A program made the position numbers and the translations under genes. A DNA stretch of 63,928 nt, the filler included, from Octopus bimaculoides (taxonomy: Eukaryota): the NCBI RefSeq assembly GCF_001194135.2. It is 5 parts of 5 records of this genome, joined end to end, with 100 filler letters (N's around TTAATTAATTAA, not from the genome) between each part and the next. Parts side by side here need not be neighbours in the genome. Positions count along the whole stretch, not along the records: positions 51,149 to 63,928 come from NC_068981.1; 4 more parts are not named here. One strand, written 5' to 3'. The notes below the pieces were generated by a model that was given only the letters and a program-made list of their open reading frames with translations, made no database searches and was not told the origin of the DNA. Positions 56,638-63,928 of the stretch are shown piece by piece (within the stretch, counting starts at the first letter, position 1; every line of letters begins with the position of its first letter).

Positions 56638-56825
56638 GGAATTACGTCTGGGGTGCGGCTGAGAAAGGCTTCTACTGCTCTACTTGCAACACGAAGGCCG
56701 AGCTGACTGCCCAGATCAAAATGTGTTTGAAGTTCTTTTCGGGAACACAGTGAGGAATGCACACGCCAGACTCCAGAACCGATGTGTGGTCGTGGTGGAA
56801 GCTGAAGGTGTCTACTTAGATTATT
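56638..56825 (+). mobile_element. Tc1/mariner (maT-like) C-terminal remnant, related to the 36.2 kb copy
   Basis: YVWGAAEK...CNTKAELTAQIK/...TVRNAHARLQNR...VVEAEGVYL. Confidence 0.7.
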
Positions 56826-56852
56826 CTGTTATCTCCCAGTCATAATCTAGTG

Positions 56853-57214
56853 CAGTGGTACTCAACCAGGATCCATATGATCACTGAGGGTCCATATTTT
56901 TGGAGGTCCATGCAGCAAAATAGTAAAATGGAGATACAGAATAGTATTATACGGGACCCTGAACAAAATTTTACTTGAGACGTAAGTAATAGAATGTATT
57001 GCAAGAAACAGTTAGGTTTCTTTCTCTCGCGTTTTACTTACGTTAATCTACATTCACGTTAATCTACTCAAGTGAATGGTGAAAATCAAAGTAGGAAATT
57101 TGAAAGAAGTTTCTACAAAACTAGTTTTAAAATATCGAATGGCTATGGTAGTCCACCAGTATAAAATAATAATCAAAAGAGGGTCCATAGCTGAAAACTT
57201 GTTGAGAACCTCTC
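56853..57214. mobile_element. hAT-like MITE
   Basis: Imperfect TIR cagtggtactcaac/gttgagaacctctc. TSD atctagtg/atctagtc. Confidence 0.7.
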
Positions 57215-57369
57215 ATCTAGTCGATGTTCTTTGATTATTTATTAAATACTTTCATTTTTAGATGGGATATTGTGCTTACATTTCTTTTAATGCAAACAGT
57301 CAAATTTAGCGCGAAAAACCTGAACATGTGATAAAATGATGACAGCATGACAAGAGTGCTTTTTCTTAG

Positions 57370-57543
57370 GGCGGATTTGTTATCAATGACAACTATTTTT
57401 CAAATGATTTACGAAGATGGGTTCTAGTATATCACGGCAACGATCATTCTGAGGCATTTCTTGCTGTTGAGTTGCGGGAAATAACATTCCATCGTAAAAG
57501 AACTAATATCAGAGTGATCAAAGGTGCTTTGAGCAGACCTGAG
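57370..57543 (+). CDS. Candidate exon of an unidentified plus-strand gene
   Basis: Acceptor tttttcttag, open 58-codon frame GGFVINDNYFSNDLRRWVLVYHG...IRVIKGALSRPE, weak donor gtccaa. Confidence 0.3.
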
Positions 57544-57649
57544 GTCCAACAGTCATTGTTTCTTGTTTTCCATACATACCCTAAAGACACACACATACAC
57601 ACACGCACACGCACATATGTGTGTTTATATCTATATATGCATGTGTTTA

Positions 57650-57710
<61 letters not shown>

Positions 57711-58137
57711 GTCTGTCTGTATGTCTGTCTGTCTGCCTATCTATCTATCTATTTATTTAATAAAAGGGATGTAGCTAAATACCGACGTTGTAGCGATTTC
57801 CCGCCCACTACTGCTCTTGAAGCATCAGTAATTACCAGACATACATGTAGTTGTGTGAAAATAAAGAGTAACTGTTACAACTTCTGTTAGTAGACAAGTA
57901 ATTAACCGTTTACAAACATTCAAATACAAACTAAGCAGGCCGAACTGCATCCTAAAAACTTTTTTGTTACCCCCTCAGGATTATTTGTTTAAAGTGTGAA
58001 CGTAGTAGACTATACATTCGATCTCGTCGTTATCGATAAAATAGAAACTGAGTCTATATGTTCGATTCAGTGGATGAAAATTTTCGTTTATATATTAGTG
58101 GTTTTCAGCCTTTCGAAGAAATCAATATAGGTGTCGT

Positions 58138-58180
<43 letters not shown>

Positions 58181-60087
58181 NNNNNNNNNNCACACACACA
58201 CACACACACACACACGTACATACATAAATGTATACATACACACACACACTCATACGTACGTACATAAATATATACACGCACACACACACACACATGTATA
58301 TATATATATGTATGTATGTATGCAGTTATGTAAGTACATATGTGTGTGTGTGTTCATATACATATATAATTTATAAGCGTTCTTATCCAATATTCATAGG
58401 AATTTTTTTTGTTTTTAGTCTTCAACAAAGAGACAATAACAAGTCGTCTGCGTGTTACTAACCCTGTCTCTTACAATATTAACGTCTGGTATTTGTTTTG
58501 CTCTTTGTCAGTGCTAGTCTAGTTATGTTGGTTCTTCTAGTTGCGAGGCTGCAGTCGTTTTTGACGTCATTATTTTGATAACAGTGTATCGTTTGTTTTC
58601 GTGCTCTCACTACTCACTCCGTCTATCCCTCACCATTACCCCTATTACCATGATCGCCACCAATCACGAAAACTACCATCGTGTTGATCAACATCATTAC
58701 TAGGTATCACCTCACCACCACCACCACCACCAACAACAACAACCACACCAACAACAACAACAAAAACAACATCACCACCACCACCACCAACAACACCACT
58801 GTCGTCTTCAGCATCATCTTCGTCCATCAACATCTTGGTCGTCGTCATTGATATCGTGATCATCATCCGCGTCGTCATCAGACACCTCTTCTAATCATCA
58901 TCGTCATCAACTTCATAATCATCAGCACCATCACAGTAGCAACAGCAACGGCATTAACGTCATCGTTATATTCAATGACGTACGGAACTGTGTAGTCCTT
59001 CGACATGCTTTCTCTTACCTCGCTCTTCACTGGGATGCATTTATCTATCAAGTGTAGACAGGTGAAATGTGTTCAGCATGTGAAGTGCCTTCTCGTTTTG
59101 GACAAGGTTATCTGCTGTAGGCAGATAGAGAGACAATTGCAGGTATCAAACTGGTGACATGGAGGTACTTTCTGAGCCGATCAAGAGTGCTTAAAATTAA
59201 CATCTTCAGAAATATTTGATCAGAAAGTTTTACGAGTGATTTTTTGTTTTTGATAGGCTTTATATGGCTAGTAGTTTAAATAGTGCTCAGTTGACATGAG
59301 AATCTCCTAAGCCTACTTTAAACACGATTTTAGTGACCATATATTGCTGACGAGTGAGCTGTTATCTTATGTAAGATGTAGCCAACTCCGACTAGCGACA
59401 AGCCTATCTACTGCCTTGATTTGAAAATGCCCTTCACCTTCAACAAGTAGCTTCTGCTGCAGCTTCAGGTTAAGCTGAGTCGTGTGTGTGAAATTCAAGG
59501 ACACGAAAAAACGTTCCGTGAGCTTTCACTATCACTTGAATAGGTCTTCCGTCTGTCTACAGAACACGAGTTCTTTCCCAACTTCAGCATAATATCAAGT
59601 GCCATATTTTATGCCCCTATATTTCCATCTCATAATGTTTGTGCAGCTTCTGCATAGAAAATCTCTCCCTCTCTCTCGCCACTTTCCTCTTTCTCTCTCT
59701 TGCCTCTTTCCTCTCACTCTCTCACCTCTTTTCTCTGTCTCTCTCTCTCTCTCGCTTTTTTTCTCTCTCTCTCTCGCTTTTTTTCTCTCTCTCTCTCGCT
59801 TTTTTCTCTCTCTCGCATCTTTTCTCTCTATTGCCTCATTTATCTCACTCTCTCTCTCTCTCTCTCTGTGTGTCTCTCTCTCTCTCACACACACACACTC
59901 TCACCCTCTGTGTCTCTCTCTCAGGTTTTCTTCTACATCTACTCTTATAATAGTTTAAACTTGTCTCACTTTTGGATTTTGGTTCTGTTGGTGAAATCTC
60001 TCGTGTTGTTCCTGACTCCCAGTACAACATTTTGTATTATATCTATTTATTTCCAGTTTTCATCTTTTATAGTTCGATTCTTTATTG

Positions 60088-60133
<46 letters not shown>

Positions 60134-63100
60134 ATCATGCTTTCAGTTTTCTTATGCATATCTGAACGGCGATTTCCCCAACACGTTATATAGTGTAGAG
60201 GTAAAAGTAAAAATGAAAATAAGAAAAAATAGAAGGAAACTCTAATGAACTGAGATTATTCATACAACTAGTAATCCTAAAACTCCTGATGAACGTATGA
60301 ACATAGAACATGGGACATAACTCCAACAATTACAGATAATTGTAACGTTTAAAAAATAATGTCAAGGCTGATTTAGTGGAACTTTTCACAAAAAACTCAC
60401 CCGCATATGCAAAATGTCTTCTGCCTTTGCCATTATTCATAACACCACTATTCTAATTCTTAATTCTCCCCTCTCTCTCTCTCTCTTTCTTTTCTTTTTC
60501 ACTTCTCTTTTATTCTGTATCTTCTTGCTTCACTTCTCTATTTTACACAACAAATTCTTTCTCCCTATTAATATTCTTTCGTTCGTTATATCATTTATTT
60601 CATTCCCTCTCTCTTCCGTTTGTATATCCTTTCTTTTTCTCTTCCTCACTCATTCAGTTTTCTTTCACTGTCTGTATCTATTGACTTTTCTTTTCTTTTC
60701 AAATATTTTCGTCAAAAGATTTCCATCTGACTCTTCTTATTCCTTCCTATCTGATTTACTTTTTACCTTTCTTTTACAGCTAATTTTTCTCTCTAACCCT
60801 CTCTCGCTCTCACTTTCTCTCTCACTTTTCCTCATCCACTCCTTCGACCACATTCACACTCTCTTTTACTCCTTCATTCCCTCTCTTATTTCTCTTCTCA
60901 CTATTTTACTTTGTCAGTCACACTCTTTCTCTCTTATGTGTAAGACTTCTCCAATCGCTCCAAACTTCTTTTAATGATGTCATTCAAATTCCCTAAACAC
61001 GATTCATTCAGATCTTTTTTTGAAGGCCACTTTCACCGAACTGACCTTTCGTAACAGTTTCTGTATTGTTTTAGTTTCATTTCCATTTTTTTTCTATCAG
61101 TGTTCTTTCTTCTTTTAATTTGATTTTATGTTCAAGCAGTCATTTCTCTACATTTCCATATCGCTCTATTACAAGTCCATTTGGACACCACACAGACGCA
61201 CACTCAAACACACATCAACCACACAAGTATGTTTGTGTGTGTGTATGCATGTGTCTTGATGTATGCATGAATATGTGAATGCATATATGCATATATATAT
61301 ATACACACACACATATATATATACATGCATATTTGTATNNNNNNNNNNNNNNNNNNNNNNNNNNNNNNNNNNNNNNNNNNNNNNNNNNNNNNNNNNNNNN
61401 NNNNNNNNNNNNNNNNNNNNNNNNNNNNNNNNNNNNNNNNNNNNNNNNNNNNNNNNNNNNNNNNNNNNNNNTATATATATATATATATATTTATCTATCT
61501 ATATATATGTATCTATATATATATGCATGTATATGTGTATGTTTCTCTGTGCGTGTATACTTGCATATATAAGCATGTATGCATTTATGTATGCACACAC
61601 GCATACCCACATGCAACTACGCACAACTACACTGTATCAGTCCTTCATATTTGAAGTGATTTTTTTCTGTTTTATTCGTGCACTTGAGGCCGTTTTTAAA
61701 GGGAAATCTCCACTGAAGCAGAACGTGGATACAAGAGGGCGCTCATATACATCGCAGTTGTCTGCCCTGGCTTTATGCATTTATCATTACAGACTACATT
61801 TACTGGCCATCGTAACTGAACTATATATATACATACATACATACATATATANNNNNNNNNNNNNNNNNNNNNNNNNNNNNNNNNNNNNNNNNNNNNNNNN
61901 NNNNNNNNNNNNNNNNNNNNNNNNNNNNNNNNNNNNNNNNNNNNNNNNNNNNNNNNNNNNNNNNNNNNNNNNNNNNNNNNNNNNNNNNNNNNNNNNNNNN
62001 NNNNNNNNNNNNNNNNNNNNNNNNNNNNNNNNNNNNNNNNNNNNNNNNNNNNNNNNNNNNNNNNNNNNNNNNNNNNNNNNNNNNNNNNNNNNNNNNNNNN
62101 NNNNNNNNNNNNNNNNNNNNNNNNNNNNNNNNNNNNNNNNNNNNNNNNNNNNNNNNNNNNNNNNNNNNNNNNNNNNNNNNNNNNNNNNNNNNNNNNNNNN
62201 NNNTAATAATAATAATAATAATAATTATAATAACAACAACAACAGCGATAATAAATCGATAAATAAATAAAAAGAAAAGGAATAAAAACACAGAGACGCA
62301 AAACACCAGGAGTGAAGCGAGAATAAAAAAAAAAAAAAACGTACAAATATCTTTGAAGAAATGTTTTTGTGAAACTGCATTTTTATCAAAGTAGTGAGAA
62401 AAAACTCAAGCTGCAACATATATGAGAGAATGACTGTGATGAGTTGTTTTATGATCTAAAGTAAATGTCTACATGAAGATTTGACAAAATATATCGACAA
62501 TCAATACCAGATTTACATGACGGATCGTCCAAATTACTAATAATATTATTTAGGTGGTGGAGAAAAAATATGAATGGTTAAAGTTTAGCACAGCTAAACA
62601 ATGTGTGGTTTCTAAGTTCACGTCTGCTGTGGGTATTTGGTTGGGATTTCCCTGTTGTAAATTTTCTTGCATACTCTTTGTTTTCCCCACTTTCAAGGAA
62701 TAGTTATCCTGTTTGTATTGATGACTACACTTTTATACCATAGCAGTCCAAATTTTTATTCCACAATATATCTCTTTGCTCTAAGAGTAGGCCAGCAAAA
62801 TGCTTGTCGAATATATGATATATCGTGTAGTTATTTATATATGTTGGGTAGGCTGCTGTTACATACAAGCTAGGCTCATCATATGATTCCGCATGAAATT
62901 AGATGCTAAAACTACTCATATTTGTGATCTTTTTAGCATTAAACATAAACTTACTCATTGCAATTCTGCTCAAATTGAACAAATTGCATCTCTATCACTA
63001 ACTTTTTTATTTTTAATATAGTGGGTTTGGGGAAAGGGGTATTCTCTACGGCATCTGCAGGATCGCTTAGACCAGTAAGATCAATTTTTTAAATTCTACT

Positions 63101-63928
63101 CTTGAACTTTTGGAAATGATAAACCGCGTGTAAGAAATGAAAGTCAATACCGGAGTACCGAAGTTCTGGAAGGGAAGGACAGTGTGAAGTGATTAGTACG
63201 GAGACTGGAGTGAAGAGAGACAAGTGAGCGGTATGGGAATGTTTAAATAGAGTAAACATGAGCCTATCCAAAATCTAGAAGCAAAGGCCTTTATGGCATC
63301 GATAGAAAATAGAAAGAGAGAAGGCAGTACCTCTGGTCAGAGATATCATGCGATTGTGACTTTATTCCAGTCAATTACGAAGCTCATTTTTGAATGCTTG
63401 TGTGTGTGTGCAGTATCAGTATCGCCAAGATGTGAGAGAAATACCCCTTTGTGAGCCTCACATGAATTTGTAGTTTATTAATAATTGTTTTGTGTTGAGG
63501 TGTCTTCTGGCCACGAAGAGCAGTTCCACACGTTGTGCTGTGGTCATAGGCATGTTAATGGTATGTTTTTGCCAGGAGAGATTTCCAGCGACATTGAGAG
63601 ACATTGAAGATTACTCAGATCACTGCGTGCCTGAATGTCTAGAGATAACTACAAATATTCCGGAACTTCGATTTCTTGATGGAAATTTAATGTGTAGTAT
63701 TCATTGTAAAAGACGTGTGAAATGAAACTTTCAGTTTCGACTAACATCTTATTCATTTGTCGTAAATCTTTCAAGTCTTATTCGAAATGTATTTTATAAT
63801 AAACCTTACCCGACATTTTGTATTGGGTTTTTACGTCACAAAACATTCTGTTATTATTCTCAAATATTCTTTAAAATAACCACCAAATATTGAATATTTG
63901 AAGCAGCATTTCTTCGTTTATCATTAAG

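Noticed and set aside
63310-63800. Possible decayed mariner on the minus strand
   Set aside because: Only one faint motif (HDISDQ) and no TIR. Not supportable.

Overview
This is AT-rich, microsatellite-saturated animal genomic DNA with many N gaps. The SINE complement and (TA)/(CA)/(AAT)/(GAT) repeats point to an octopus (inference). One protein-coding gene is well supported: a minus-strand, multi-exon dynein heavy chain gene most like DNHD1. I reconstructed 21 phase-compatible GT-AG exons by hand from 48797 to 24858 (3040 nt, about 1013 codons), covering the N-terminal tail into the DHC_N2/stem region. One further exon lies mostly in an N gap, and there are weaker 5' exons at 50.5 and 51.8 kb. 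I found no convincing continuation toward the AAA motor in the 24 kb downstream. Most of the rest is transposon debris: at least four SINE families, R4/Dong-like and HERO-like RLE retrotransposon fragments, RTE-like LINE fragments, mariner/Tc1 remnants, and hAT-, piggyBac- and Tc1-type MITEs. The most unusual items are an orphan GAPDH 5' fragment with splice signals inside a dynein intron, a 549-bp foldback element with head-to-head TTAGGG repeats at its axis, two ~120-bp-arm intronic hairpins, and a 26-bp tandem array amplified from a SINE. No rRNA, true tRNA gene or CRISPR array is supported. Nearly all ORFs in the supplied track are microsatellite or N-gap artefacts. I found no clearly new multi-gene system. 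All family assignments come from remembered motifs, not database searches.
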